Source: a virus (taxonomy: Duplodnaviria > Heunggongvirae > Uroviricota > Caudoviricetes). From it: a stretch of 64,000 bases of DNA. Each line of letters begins with the position of its first letter. Position 1 is the first letter of the stretch. The position numbers and the translations under genes are program-made. The notes below the pieces were generated by a model, which worked only from the letters and a program-made list of their open reading frames with translations, made no database searches and was not told where the DNA came from. This document shows positions 37,660-48,381 of the stretch, in pieces. Location: positions 93,173-157,172 of IMG/VR virus record IMGVR_UViG_3300021399_000107; one strand, written 5' to 3'.

Positions 37660-40600
37660 TTATGAAAGTTGTGCAAGAAGAGCTTGCAACTGAGCTTCGG
37701 TAATTGTAGTGGAACCAATTGTGAGGGAGCCACCTGCGGCTGTCATGGAGCCAGCAATCCATTCATTACCGTTCCAGTCTAGACGACGAGCATCAGAACG
37801 CACAATATTGGAGAAAGTCATGTCCGCAGAGACGCCATTTCCGGTGCGCGTATAAGTACCATTACCAATGACTTCTGCGTAACCAGAAGAGGTGCTATTT
37901 GCGCGCCCGCCAACGTGCATACCCTCACTGTTAGTATCAATTTGACAACAAACGCCTTCAAGATGGGCGCCTGTGACGTTAACCGCAGTGACCGTATTAT
38001 TAATGCCTTCAATATGGCTACCTATACCTGCAATACGGATGTTATTGTAACCTTCAATGTGTAGTGCCATAGAGTAGTATTGCACTTGATCGAAAGTATT
38101 TACAATAGTATTGTAATGACCTTCAATATGCGAAGTAAGAGTGTAAGCGTCAGTTGTACTATGGTCGCCTTCTGCGTGGACAGCATGACCATAAGCTTCA
38201 GTTTCTACACCTTCGGCGTGATTGCCCTTTCCATCGACGGTAGAGTTACCCGTGCCGCCACCGGCGCGGGTCTTTATGCCTTCTGCGTGGCTAACAAAAT
38301 TGGCTATTGTTAAATAACCTTCTGCGTGACTGCCGAGATGCGTAAGTTCCGGTGTGTCATCAAGTCCTGCTTTTGTGAACGCACCTTCTGCATGACCGCG
38401 TGTTCCCGCTTGCGTGCCATAACCTTCGGCATGGCTTGCATCTCCAATAGCTAAACTATTATATCCTTCTGCGTGACCACCAATGGCTCTTCGCACAATG
38501 GTATTAACGCCTTCTGCGTGGCCGCCTACGGATGCCCATTCTCTATATGGACTATCAGATTCGGGGCCATTACCAAATACAATAGTATTCTTTCCTTCTG
38601 TATGGGAAGCGCTAGCCAAAGCAAGAGTAAGGTATCCTTCTGAATGAGCACCTGGCGCATCATCTCGATATTCTACTTGACTAGTACTAGAATCCCAACT
38701 AGCTTCGTCACCATAAGCGCCGGTTGCGTAACCTTCGCTGTGCGTGGCCCCGCTATTAGCTCCACCAGCATAGACAGTGCCATCTCCTGTATATTCTGGC
38801 AAAGTTATTGTGCCGGTTGTATCAAAAGAAATATAACCTATGTTTTTAATTTTATAGGTAGTCATTTCATTTTCAGGAGCTGGTTTAGCAGAATTATCTA
38901 CTTGTTCAACGGCAAGAGCCGCGCCAAACCCTTCTGCATGGCTAAAGATACCTATGGCCGCAGTTCTTTGTCCTTCACTATGCGCTCCATTGCCGCCTTT
39001 GGATAACGTGGCATCTCCTTCGGCGTGTCCACCATTACTACCAATAGCAACAGTATACGCGCCTTCTGTGTGAGAAGCATTGCCACCACTGTAAGTTTGG
39101 TAGCCCTCTGCGTGTTGGCCTGGCATACCTTGCCCGCTGGCAATATTTTGATAGCCTTCAACGTGATTAGCTGCGCCGCCTGCGGTATTCAAGTAACCTT
39201 CAACGTGCGAAAAACTGCCGGCCTTTAGCCAGTTTTGATCGCCTTCAACGTGCCCAAAGCTGTGATTTTGAGCGTAATTTCCTGCGCCTTCTACGTGATT
39301 CGTTGTCCCACCATTAATTCTATTGACGTCTCCTTCGACGTGAGCAAAATTGCTATTTTCTATTAAATGCTCTTTACCTTCTATATGATGCGCAGAACCG
39401 CCAGTAACAGTTGGCGTTGTAATATAGAATGTAGTATTACCATTGATAATAGTGTCAAGATAGGTTCTTGTACCTGATTCTACAAGTCCTTCTACATGAG
39501 ATACATCGCCATTATTATAGGATGGATTAATACCATTCTCGACAATCGAATTGGTGCCAACGCCTTCTTTAATAGGCAGATTAATTAAATCTTGTACTTC
39601 TTGAGGTAAATATTTTATATCAAGAGTTTGAATCTGCTCCGTCATGCTTTCTACTAATAAATTATTAGTATCAGAAATATTAAATGATTCTAGGTCATCA
39701 GTATTTATTATTGCTATACGAAAGCTACCTGGCGCCTCTACGCTACCAGTAATCGTGGTTTGAAGAATACCTAAAATTATACCGCTACTAAAGTTAGCAA
39801 CTTGGTTGTAGGTATCATTTATAGTACCAGTATAGTTTGAACTTAGGATAAGAATAGGAGTGTTATCAACTATCCGTGGTGCGTTTACGGTGAGATAGCA
39901 TTTACAGTTTTTTTGAGATCCATCTGGATACGTAATACGATATTGAGAGCCAGGTATAAGTGCTGGCACTACTTCTGGCTGTCCAAAATTGTGATAATAT
40001 GATGCGCCCCAGTTATCATCTTCATAGAAAGTTGGTGTAAAAGTAAAATTTTGTGCATTAAGTATTGTACCAATTTCATATCCAGTGATTCCGTGCGTTT
40101 TATTTTTTATATATGCGGCAGATGTTGCATCTAATTCATTCCAATCTCCTTGACCTTCAGTTAAATACTTAGCATCAATGGCTTTTATGTCGCTTTTTAA
40201 TAACTTAATGGTATGACTTTGACCATCTAATAAAGATACGTAAGGATTAGCAGCGGGGAAAGTCGATGAAATCTCCAGTTCTGCTAGATCGTTACTACTG
40301 AAAAAACCAATAGACACATATACAGTAGTTGGATCATCTGGGTTTAAAATAATAGATTTATCATCATTAAAATCAATACCCCTGATTGGACCTATAAAGA
40401 CTTTACTATTATTAAACACAATATCGTCAACAATTAATATATAAGAGTCAGTTTCCGATAATGTATCATATGTAAATTTTTCTGAAAATGGTAAGGTTGG
40501 ATAATAGGGGCTATCCAATGTACCAAAATTAACACTCACCCCGTCATAAATAGTATCACTTACATCATAACAAATTCTATTTTTAATATAGGCGCCGCTA

Positions 40601-41496
40601 GTAGTATCATTTTCATTCCAGTCAGCTTGCTCATAAAATTTGGGGTCGAGTTTGTGGATACTAGATTCGTTGTAGCTTAACTTTAAATCAATATCTTGAT
40701 TGTCTCCTTGAACCAATGAAGAACTGAAAAAATAGTCAACACCGTTATAAAAAACTAACCATTGGTTATTAGCACTGTCCCATTCACCAGTAGATGAATA
40801 GTATGGGTAGATATCACCATAATCATCATCATAATATTGATGTGGCTCCACATTAACAGCATTAATGCCTAATGCTGAGGTGGTAATGTTAATATTTTTT
40901 GTAAAATCAATAGTAACGCCATCGGTCCAATATTGAGTAGGCAAGCTTGCGTTACCAATCGCTGAAACCTTAATGGTTTCACTACCGGTATCAAAAAAGA
41001 TAGCGCCGCCATTTTCTTCCCAGTGCGTCCTATTCTTCACATAATCAGGCGCGCTGGCGGTATTCTGACTCCAATCCGCTTGCGCTCCACCTGAGCCGCC
41101 ACCACTTCCAAACTTTTCCCAAGCTTCATTTACCCAAATATATTCATCGTACATGTTACCGGAAACTTGATCACCTGGTACAAGATAAAAAGTATTGGAT
41201 TGCGGGTTTTCAATACTTGGTAAACCGGTGGTAGCGTCAATTTCATCATTTGTGCAGATATGAATTTCCGCGCCAGAGCCGCCGCCGCCACCGCTCATAT
41301 CTCCGACTAAGCTCCATTCTTGCTCGCTATTGCACATATAGACACCAAGCACGCCGCCTTCATCCTTGAGTACAATAGCGACTGACCCAAGCGTTGCTTG
41401 GGCCGCAGGAATATTAGCCAAATCGGCGTGCCTATCGCAGATATGTTCATAAGTGACAATATTGTCATGATTGCCACGTTTGGTCATAATATTCAT
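37660..41496 (-). CDS. giant tail fibre/spike protein with dozens of ~15-aa HxEG repeats
   Basis: 1278 aa. The C-terminal half repeats the pattern [SGN]H[AVI]EG[YD]xTx[AS]xGxxS more than 25 times, likely a beta-helix. Gly linkers (GGGGGSG, GSGGGSGG) are present. Confidence 0.6.
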   Translation of the reverse strand: MNIMTKRGNHDNIVTYEHICDRHADLANIPAAQATLGSVAIVLKDEGGVLGVYMCNSEQEWSLVGDMSGGGGGSGAEIHICTNDEIDATTGLPSIENPQSNTFYLVPGDQVSGNMYDEYIWVNEAWEKFGSGGGSGGAQADWSQNTASAPDYVKNRTHWEENGGAIFFDTGSETIKVSAIGNASLPTQYWTDGVTIDFTKNINITTSALGINAVNVEPHQYYDDDYGDIYPYYSSTGEWDSANNQWLVFYNGVDYFFSSSLVQGDNQDIDLKLSYNESSIHKLDPKFYEQADWNENDTTSGAYIKNRICYDVSDTIYDGVSVNFGTLDSPYYPTLPFSEKFTYDTLSETDSYILIVDDIVFNNSKVFIGPIRGIDFNDDKSIILNPDDPTTVYVSIGFFSSNDLAELEISSTFPAANPYVSLLDGQSHTIKLLKSDIKAIDAKYLTEGQGDWNELDATSAAYIKNKTHGITGYEIGTILNAQNFTFTPTFYEDDNWGASYYHNFGQPEVVPALIPGSQYRITYPDGSQKNCKCYLTVNAPRIVDNTPILILSSNYTGTINDTYNQVANFSSGIILGILQTTITGSVEAPGSFRIAIINTDDLESFNISDTNNLLVESMTEQIQTLDIKYLPQEVQDLINLPIKEGVGTNSIVENGINPSYNNGDVSHVEGLVESGTRTYLDTIINGNTTFYITTPTVTGGSAHHIEGKEHLIENSNFAHVEGDVNRINGGTTNHVEGAGNYAQNHSFGHVEGDQNWLKAGSFSHVEGYLNTAGGAANHVEGYQNIASGQGMPGQHAEGYQTYSGGNASHTEGAYTVAIGSNGGHAEGDATLSKGGNGAHSEGQRTAAIGIFSHAEGFGAALAVEQVDNSAKPAPENEMTTYKIKNIGYISFDTTGTITLPEYTGDGTVYAGGANSGATHSEGYATGAYGDEASWDSSTSQVEYRDDAPGAHSEGYLTLALASASHTEGKNTIVFGNGPESDSPYREWASVGGHAEGVNTIVRRAIGGHAEGYNSLAIGDASHAEGYGTQAGTRGHAEGAFTKAGLDDTPELTHLGSHAEGYLTIANFVSHAEGIKTRAGGGTGNSTVDGKGNHAEGVETEAYGHAVHAEGDHSTTDAYTLTSHIEGHYNTIVNTFDQVQYYSMALHIEGYNNIRIAGIGSHIEGINNTVTAVNVTGAHLEGVCCQIDTNSEGMHVGGRANSTSSGYAEVIGNGTYTRTGNGVSADMTFSNIVRSDARRLDWNGNEWIAGSMTAAGGSLTIGSTTITEAQLQALLAQLS

Positions 41497-41509
41497 TTCA
41501 TTACCTCCT

Positions 41510-43699
41510 TTATGCTAATTCCCAACTATAAACTGGAACGCCATCCGTTACTACCACTTTTAGATTATAGGTGCCATCACTAGAGGGCGCAGTTGGAATA
41601 GCTGGGCGCGCCATTTCCATTGTGCCAGTATATTGCACAATATGCTCACCATTATGATACCAGACCGGATGAGTAATAGAAAGGCCGCAATGGGTTGCAT
41701 CAGCTGCTTGTCCTAAGTAAATATATAAAAAACCATCATATTGTGTAGGTAATGCTTGCACGAGCGGATCAGCGCTAGCGAGTGTACAATATCCATCATT
41801 AGCAAGAATTACCTTTAAATATACAGGAAGATTTGCTGTGAGTGGCAAATGAGAAGTAGTTATATTAAAGGAATAGTCTATGGGCATATTATATTGTATA
41901 TATAAATATGCTCTGTTAAAAGCAGCACTTTTATTTACTGTTGATGTATAATAATAATAATAAAAATTGCCGAGTGGATTAAACTTTAAATCAGTATCTA
42001 AAGTTTTAGTTGCAGTTGTAACATTATTACTGCCATCTAATGGAGATAAGCTATCTTCATCTGTTTGTACCAATAATTTATATCTATAACATGTGTAATA
42101 CTGGTCATTAATAAAGCTACCGGGTGCTTTATATAAAGCGTAAGTAACAGTAGTATCTTTATCTCCGGTTATCGTATAACCACGCGTCTGACAAGATATA
42201 TTAATTCTATCAGCGGCATCATAGATAGTAGTGTTCAACTGATCTTGTCGAACGACGTCTTCTAAAAATTCAATTTCGCAATTTTCATGCTCTAAAATTT
42301 CTAATTTTACAAAACGAGGATAAACATTTGGGCCATACGCACTTTGTAATGAAAAGCCAAACAAAAACGGACTCTGCGCACTAGTGTCCTTTGGCGGCAA
42401 TACCATCGTATAATAAATTGGACGGTAGGATGTAGATTGAAAAACACTGTAAATAGAACTTATTAAATCAGTACCGCCTGATCTACTAAAAACACCTTCA
42501 TAGATACCTGTTTTATATGTAACTGTATTAAGAATGTGTACTGTAAGACGATACTTAATTGTCCAAGGGAGTATCGTAGCTGATAGTGCATTAATTTTTA
42601 AAAGATAAAAACTTTGAACATCAATCGACGCAGTGCTTGGAGCAATAATGTTGTTATATTCGCGCACATAACGACCATTTGGTTTAGCACTATTTAATCG
42701 TTGCGTCTGTTCCCCTAACTGTTTCCCTATTGGTGTTTGCCAAGACAACTGATAGTTAGTAATAGAGCCATGGCTGCAAAATAAGAAATTAGAATCTGTT
42801 TGTATCTGAAAAAAAGCGCGTGGTATATCGTATTGTTTATCATTATTTATAAACAGCCCTTGCATCGGTTTAATTATGCCGCCGGTGCAATTTGGAACCT
42901 GTAATCCTAGTTCGTACTTATAGGTTTGGCCGCAATAAGGTGCATATTCAGTTGCAGTAGAGCCTAATTCTATCATTGGATAAAAAATAATTTCATATTC
43001 TGTATTAGCCCTATATACAACAGAATTAGTAATAATATCCAAAACTTGCGCATTTTGTGTTAGCGTAAAGCTACTCCCGTTTGTTACTGTTTGAATGGTT
43101 CCATCTGCCAATTCTAATTCGCAACTTAAAGTTGAGAAAAAATTTGCAGGAGAAGTGGAACATGAAAAAGTGTAGGTGTGTCCAGCAGGCAACCACTGTT
43201 TAATATAAATGCGCCCAACAGTATTATTCATTCCTATACCAATTGTAGACGCTACACGTCCAGTTACCGCACCCTTTGCTTGATAATTTTTATCTACAGG
43301 ATCATATGAATATACTAAGCCATGATCCGTAAAGGAAATAAGTTGGCTTAAATCAAGTAGATTTTTTCCGCAACATTGGACATATACGTCTTTATAAGTT
43401 CCTGTTGTTAATGTAGGTAAAGATATTACCAAATCCCTAATATATTCCCCGTGTCCAGTAATTTCTATCAATGCCTCATTCGTAGTTTGCGCTTCTTGCA
43501 AAATAGGCTCTACAAGCCAGTCTAAGTCATTCACTTTTGTATTTCCATCGCCGACCTTCGCGCGACTAGCGCTATATTCGGTATCACTATCATAGATAAT
43601 CATTTCGCCATTTTTTGGCGTAAAGTTAGTGGCTAATTTCCAATGTTCTTCAGTATCATTTTTCAACTGAATACGAGTTTTTATGGTATTTTCTCCCAT
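41510..43699 (-). CDS. tail fibre protein sharing N-terminal TRIQLK-DTE-W anchor domain
   Basis: 729 aa. The N-terminus MGENTIKTRIQLKNDTEEHWK is conserved with the fibres starting at 47577 and 47926. Confidence 0.55.
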   Translation of the reverse strand: MGENTIKTRIQLKNDTEEHWKLATNFTPKNGEMIIYDSDTEYSASRAKVGDGNTKVNDLDWLVEPILQEAQTTNEALIEITGHGEYIRDLVISLPTLTTGTYKDVYVQCCGKNLLDLSQLISFTDHGLVYSYDPVDKNYQAKGAVTGRVASTIGIGMNNTVGRIYIKQWLPAGHTYTFSCSTSPANFFSTLSCELELADGTIQTVTNGSSFTLTQNAQVLDIITNSVVYRANTEYEIIFYPMIELGSTATEYAPYCGQTYKYELGLQVPNCTGGIIKPMQGLFINNDKQYDIPRAFFQIQTDSNFLFCSHGSITNYQLSWQTPIGKQLGEQTQRLNSAKPNGRYVREYNNIIAPSTASIDVQSFYLLKINALSATILPWTIKYRLTVHILNTVTYKTGIYEGVFSRSGGTDLISSIYSVFQSTSYRPIYYTMVLPPKDTSAQSPFLFGFSLQSAYGPNVYPRFVKLEILEHENCEIEFLEDVVRQDQLNTTIYDAADRINISCQTRGYTITGDKDTTVTYALYKAPGSFINDQYYTCYRYKLLVQTDEDSLSPLDGSNNVTTATKTLDTDLKFNPLGNFYYYYYTSTVNKSAAFNRAYLYIQYNMPIDYSFNITTSHLPLTANLPVYLKVILANDGYCTLASADPLVQALPTQYDGFLYIYLGQAADATHCGLSITHPVWYHNGEHIVQYTGTMEMARPAIPTAPSSDGTYNLKVVVTDGVPVYSWELA

Positions 43700-43724
43700 A
43701 AAATTCCTCCTTTGGTATCAATTT

Positions 43725-44684
43725 TCAACCAATTTTTACATATTTATCTGAAACCCAACCAATTTGATTTCCGCAATATACGGCATACCATCCATTTTCC
43801 GATACTAGCGGCTCACCGATCTTATCTTGCACTACATTTAGTTCCGTATTGCGGCCAAAGGTAGTAATGATGCTATACTTCGTGGAGTCGCCTTGACGCG
43901 CATTGACGCTAGCCGTAGTCACATATTTTGTACCATTATCAATACTCACTTGCGGCTCCTCGGTTACATCAGGCGCACAGTCAGCCAATGCCGACATGAG
44001 CGCAGTATGGGTTTGCGCGCCATAAACGCCATCAGCCGTCAGGTTATGGGTCTTTTGAAATTTAAGAACAGCTGCTTCGGTTTTAGCGCCAAAATCGCCA
44101 TCTGCTTCCAAATCGCAATGTAGAATTTCATTTAAGTCTTTTTGTAGTTCGCGCACATCTTCACCTGTCATGCCCTTACGTAGAGTGCGGTTGCCCAATA
44201 CTGGCATTTCCGGTGTAACCTCTTGCGCGCCAGTCAGATATTTAATGCCAGGAATTTTATACCAATTCAGCCAATTCCTATTCTTTAGCTTCGTTAGAAC
44301 GCATCCATAATTGAAACCGCGTTCCTCTACAACTTCGCCATTACCAACATATACACCCACATGTCCATCATAACGAACGGCAATACCGGGAATATCGGGA
44401 ATGGTATCTATTGTTCCCCAATCCATGCCTTTAGACTTAGCGTATTCAAACATACCGTTTGCGCTACGATCTGGCATACCATTGGAAGCATAAGAATTTT
44501 TAAATAATGGGGTCGGAAGACCAATGGATTCGATTACGTTTTCACCACCGTTGGTCCAAAAATAGCCTTTCAGTAGCCCGACACAATCACTGCAAATTAA
44601 ATGCTTCTCAATCGCTTCCTTATACTTTGGCATACGAGTCTCGGCATAATGAGCGGGATATTGCTTTGATTTAGAATTTAGCAA
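43725..44684 (-). CDS. cell-wall hydrolase: NlpC/P60 endopeptidase + PG_binding_1 + SH3-like domain (tail lysin or endolysin)
   Basis: Catalytic Cys context CSDCVGLL and His GHVGVYVGNG. The repeat GMTGEDVRELQKDLN...DGDFGAKTEAAVLKFQ is a peptidoglycan-binding domain. C-terminal GWYAVYCGNQIGWV. Confidence 0.65.
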   Translation of the reverse strand: MLNSKSKQYPAHYAETRMPKYKEAIEKHLICSDCVGLLKGYFWTNGGENVIESIGLPTPLFKNSYASNGMPDRSANGMFEYAKSKGMDWGTIDTIPDIPGIAVRYDGHVGVYVGNGEVVEERGFNYGCVLTKLKNRNWLNWYKIPGIKYLTGAQEVTPEMPVLGNRTLRKGMTGEDVRELQKDLNEILHCDLEADGDFGAKTEAAVLKFQKTHNLTADGVYGAQTHTALMSALADCAPDVTEEPQVSIDNGTKYVTTASVNARQGDSTKYSIITTFGRNTELNVVQDKIGEPLVSENGWYAVYCGNQIGWVSDKYVKIG

Positions 44685-44714
44685 AGCATTAGTACAGGCA
44701 TATACACACGTGCC

Positions 44715-45560
44715 CTATTTTGTGATTAAAAAATCATTACCCATTAACATGTTCCATGACAAGTTTTTTAATTGTTCGTATGGTATTCGTACCAATGGAA
44801 TGTTATGTGCTAGAGCATATTCATTTTTAATACGGTCTTTTAATTGACGCTCCTGAAACTCTTCTTTAGTATTATAAAAATTACTTTTTGCACTATAATG
44901 TTGCCGGCCATCAAATTCGATAATTCGATAGGGTTTATCATTATTATCTAATAATACAAAATCATATCTAGCTGGAAAACCACTTGGTAATATTAAATCC
45001 TCAAAAAATGCTAAATCATATACATAATTGACATCATGCTCTTGTAAAATATGCTCAATGATTACTTCTCCTTTAGATTTCCGCGTACCTAAACATCCGC
45101 AAGACACAATTCTATTTTGTAAAATTTCACCAGAATTAGCTGTAAAAATTTTACCACAATGACATTTACAATCCCAATAAGCATTTTTTGACCGAATATG
45201 ATGGTTAATTTTATACTGTTGGTTTAATTGAAGAAATTCAATTCCATTAACAGTTTTCCCAGTTAGTTCTCTAAGATTAGAGCCTCCTATTTTTCTAGCA
45301 AATTCTTTTTGAAGACAACCACAACTTTTAACGGTGACTTTGTTTGCGTCATTTATTTTACTAGAACAAACTGCAATAATATTACCACATTCACATTGAC
45401 ATAACCAAAAAACTTGTTTACCATAATCATGATTTAGGATTTTTACTCGCCATAAAGCAGTTAAGCGACCGTTTTTTTGACCGGTATAATCTTTTGCTTT
45501 ACCTAAATCTATTTTCTGGTATTCTTTACCTTTACAGTCGATTCCATGTTCGGCAATCAT
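44715..45560 (-). CDS. second Zn-finger + Vsr/DUF559-like endonuclease (homing-endonuclease-like)
   Basis: WLCQCECGN...SCGCL and WDCKCHCGK...SCGCL modules, plus EFDGRQHY...HNIPLVRI. It is a paralog of 13370-14086. Confidence 0.5.
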   Translation of the reverse strand: MIAEHGIDCKGKEYQKIDLGKAKDYTGQKNGRLTALWRVKILNHDYGKQVFWLCQCECGNIIAVCSSKINDANKVTVKSCGCLQKEFARKIGGSNLRELTGKTVNGIEFLQLNQQYKINHHIRSKNAYWDCKCHCGKIFTANSGEILQNRIVSCGCLGTRKSKGEVIIEHILQEHDVNYVYDLAFFEDLILPSGFPARYDFVLLDNNDKPYRIIEFDGRQHYSAKSNFYNTKEEFQERQLKDRIKNEYALAHNIPLVRIPYEQLKNLSWNMLMGNDFLITK

Positions 45561-46050
45561 TTTTAATCCTCCTTTCTTTATGTTTCCATAAAGTATAGAT
45601 CATATCATCATCCTAATTTTAGGATGTACTCCACTTCGGTTTTACCCTACTTCCATTTTGGAATGATCGTTGAACTTTCTTCTATTTGAAGCTTAGCTGC
45701 TGATTATCCATTACGCAAAACTTAGGATTTAACCTTATTTCATTTATATTTTTCTTTCTACTTTCGTCGCTATCACAAATAGCTTTATTTCATGCTTTTG
45801 TTGTAGCAAATATAACTTTAGGATTTCCCAGCAATTCGGAGTAAATTTTTCACGCAAATTACTTTACGCGGGTACTAAACTTGTGTGTATAATACCAATA
45901 TGGCATCCCAACAAATTTTCGTAGAAACTCTACAAAATGTACATTACTAAATTTTTCCGCCATAAAAAAGTCCTCCTTGGGCTTGAATAGCCCGCTACCA
46001 GCAAAGTAGGCAATATCAGTAAAAAAAATTCTAGTATACGCTGTCTGGGT

Positions 46051-46086
46051 AAAAAAATAAAGTACCGAGTAGGCACTCGGTACTTT
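46051..46086 (-). terminator. rho-independent terminator
   Basis: Hairpin AGTACCGAGT-N4-ACTCGGTACT followed by a T-run on the minus strand. Confidence 0.55.
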
Positions 46087-46089
46087 ATA

Positions 46090-47577
46090 TTAAATCACAG
46101 TTGTGGCTGAGCCGCAATCGAATACCAAAATAGTATTATCTGTCTGCTTCAAATTTTTGACTTCGCCGTCAAAGGCAATCGCGTCGAGAGAAGAGGATAA
46201 GGCAAAATCACCAACCAGAGGCTCCCATGCGGGCGCTCCTGTAAGTACATAAGCGCGTCCAGTAGTTGTAACGTAATAAACGCTACCAATATCAGCAGAT
46301 TGAGGCAAATTGCCAACTGTACTAACTGTACCAGCATAGAACATCTTTTCTGCTAACGCATTATTTAAACCAGTCAACGCATCATAGACTGCTAAAGCAG
46401 ACGGCACATAATCATTACTATAATAGTTGCGACTTTCAGTTATATCAATCGTTGTCTTTACGGTTGTGTCTGCGGCATTACCTAAGGTTTTTACGGCAGT
46501 GCCAACTACGTGTCCAAAGGCGTCTGTGGTAATGGATTTAAGGATGGATAGTGAGGTTTCGCCACCCTTTTGCCCACTTGCGGCACCACTTGGTACTGCG
46601 TGAGCAATGGTGCGGTTAGCTGCAAGAGTGCCGCCGCCAGTAAGGCCATCTCCAGCCGATATTAAAGTACTTTTAATAACGTAAGAGCCTTCGTCACCAA
46701 ATAGTTCCCATGAGTTACCGTCCCAAATATATTCTTGTTGCTCATAAAGAACAACATCGCCATTCGCTTTTGTGGTGTAAATTGTGCCGCCAATAGTGGG
46801 GTCTTCTGTTCCACCATCAGTAATCGGTGTAGTAGACTTACCGATAAATTTCATTGCGCCAGATAAGCCTTCAAGAGCGGTATATAGCGCACCACTAGTA
46901 ATAAGGTGGTTACTGTTTTGCGTAGCAACAGTATCAATGCCTAACGTTTGAATTGCCGCTGTACCATTTCCAACCAATACTTCATTTGCGGCAAAACTTG
47001 ATGCGCCTGTGCCGCCATTAGTTACCCCAAGTACACCAGATGAAATTTTCGCCGCACTAATATTAGGAATGTCAGCAGCCGTGAGAGCGCGACTAGATAT
47101 TACAAAGCCATTGGTCGAATCAAAACCAACGCTAGAAATGACTTGATTTGCGGCTGCACTTTGCGTTCCAAAAGCAGACTTAGTTAGAGCAAAGAGATCT
47201 AAATCAGTCACGGACGTCCAATTATCAGAGGAAAGATAAGGTTTGGATTGTAATGATACCACCCATCCTGTCGGTCGGCCGCTAATGGCCGGCATAATGC
47301 TGCGAAGCTGATAGTCATGACCAATGCCTTCGGGCGTCTCGGCTTTAGCCCAATCGTAGACGTCTCCAGCGATAGCCTGCAACCAATTTAGTTCACTAAA
47401 GGTATGCAAACCATCGCCAACTTTTATACCAACGTTATTAAAACCTTCGGCTGATGTGCCAGTCGCAACTTGCGCGACAGCCACTTCGCCCGCCTTTAGT
47501 TGTATTGTGCTATTATTCCAGTTGCTTTCCGTATCAAATTTTAATTGAATACGTGTTTTTAAAATGTTTTCACTCAT
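46090..47577 (-). CDS. tail fibre protein with shared N-terminal anchor domain
   Basis: Start chosen at MSENILKTRIQLKFDTESNW, which has a GGAGGT ribosome-binding site. The rest is Gly/Ser/Thr/Ala-rich. Confidence 0.55.
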   Translation of the reverse strand: MSENILKTRIQLKFDTESNWNNSTIQLKAGEVAVAQVATGTSAEGFNNVGIKVGDGLHTFSELNWLQAIAGDVYDWAKAETPEGIGHDYQLRSIMPAISGRPTGWVVSLQSKPYLSSDNWTSVTDLDLFALTKSAFGTQSAAANQVISSVGFDSTNGFVISSRALTAADIPNISAAKISSGVLGVTNGGTGASSFAANEVLVGNGTAAIQTLGIDTVATQNSNHLITSGALYTALEGLSGAMKFIGKSTTPITDGGTEDPTIGGTIYTTKANGDVVLYEQQEYIWDGNSWELFGDEGSYVIKSTLISAGDGLTGGGTLAANRTIAHAVPSGAASGQKGGETSLSILKSITTDAFGHVVGTAVKTLGNAADTTVKTTIDITESRNYYSNDYVPSALAVYDALTGLNNALAEKMFYAGTVSTVGNLPQSADIGSVYYVTTTGRAYVLTGAPAWEPLVGDFALSSSLDAIAFDGEVKNLKQTDNTILVFDCGSATTVI

Positions 47578-47926
47578 TGTTACTTGTACCTCCATTTAAA
47601 ACTAAGTTATCGTCTAAAGGCACGAATAACTTGGAGGTTGAGACATAGTTTATTTCCATCAGGCCGCTTGGTAGCACCTTCACCCTATTATCGTCATCAG
47701 AAGAACGCACACCACCAATAGTAGTAGATGTAGCCGTAGCAATGGATGCGGCTACACCTTGAAGCTCAAGCCATTCTGTAACACCATCACCAATTTTTAG
47801 AACTTTAGATGTCAAGTCATAGCCTGCTTCGCCTTTTAACAAAATTGGATTTTCAGTGGCCCATTTTTCTTGCGTTGCATTACGTAAAGTAAGGCGAGCC
47901 GCAACTTTTGTAGGGTTAGATAACAT
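47570..47926 (-). CDS. short fibre-anchor-domain protein
   Basis: LTLRNATQEKWATENPILLKGEAGYDLTSKVLKIGDGVTEW matches the conserved N-domain of phage tail fibres/hyaluronidases. GAAGGAGG ribosome-binding site. Confidence 0.5.
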   Translation of the reverse strand: MLSNPTKVAARLTLRNATQEKWATENPILLKGEAGYDLTSKVLKIGDGVTEWLELQGVAASIATATSTTIGGVRSSDDDNRVKVLPSGLMEINYVSTSKLFVPLDDNLVLNGGTSNNE

Positions 47927-48381
47927 TAGGCATCGCCTCCTTCAATAAGCGTATTTTCGATAAGCAGTGCGCGAATTGGAATGTATGCGGCGGTATCTGT
48001 AACCATAATACCGCCATTCGCCGCCACAGCATCAGGATCAATTTGTGCGCCATAGTCTTTAAAAAAGAAAACGGTGCCGCTAGGCGAATCCACATACAGA
48101 TTCTTTTCGTCACCATTTTCAGGAAAATCATCAACAACTACCGTACCGCTATTGAATAAAGAAATGAATTTCGTGTAGAAATCATCTTCATCTCCAATAA
48201 AACCGCGTTCTTGTACCACTTTATAGATTTCATCCGTGAGAACAGAGATTGGAATGTTTTCCCAAGGATAAATCATAGCTAAACCTGCGGCTCTTGGGCG
48301 TGGTGGCACGATAGTATAATCATATTCAAGCAATCGGTCTCTAGTACGCTTGCGCTCACGATTCCAATCAAGTCTCATCAT
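47926..48381 (-). CDS. hypothetical structural protein
   Basis: 151-aa ORF. Confidence 0.4.
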   Translation of the reverse strand: MMRLDWNRERKRTRDRLLEYDYTIVPPRPRAAGLAMIYPWENIPISVLTDEIYKVVQERGFIGDEDDFYTKFISLFNSGTVVVDDFPENGDEKNLYVDSPSGTVFFFKDYGAQIDPDAVAANGGIMVTDTAAYIPIRALLIENTLIEGGDA

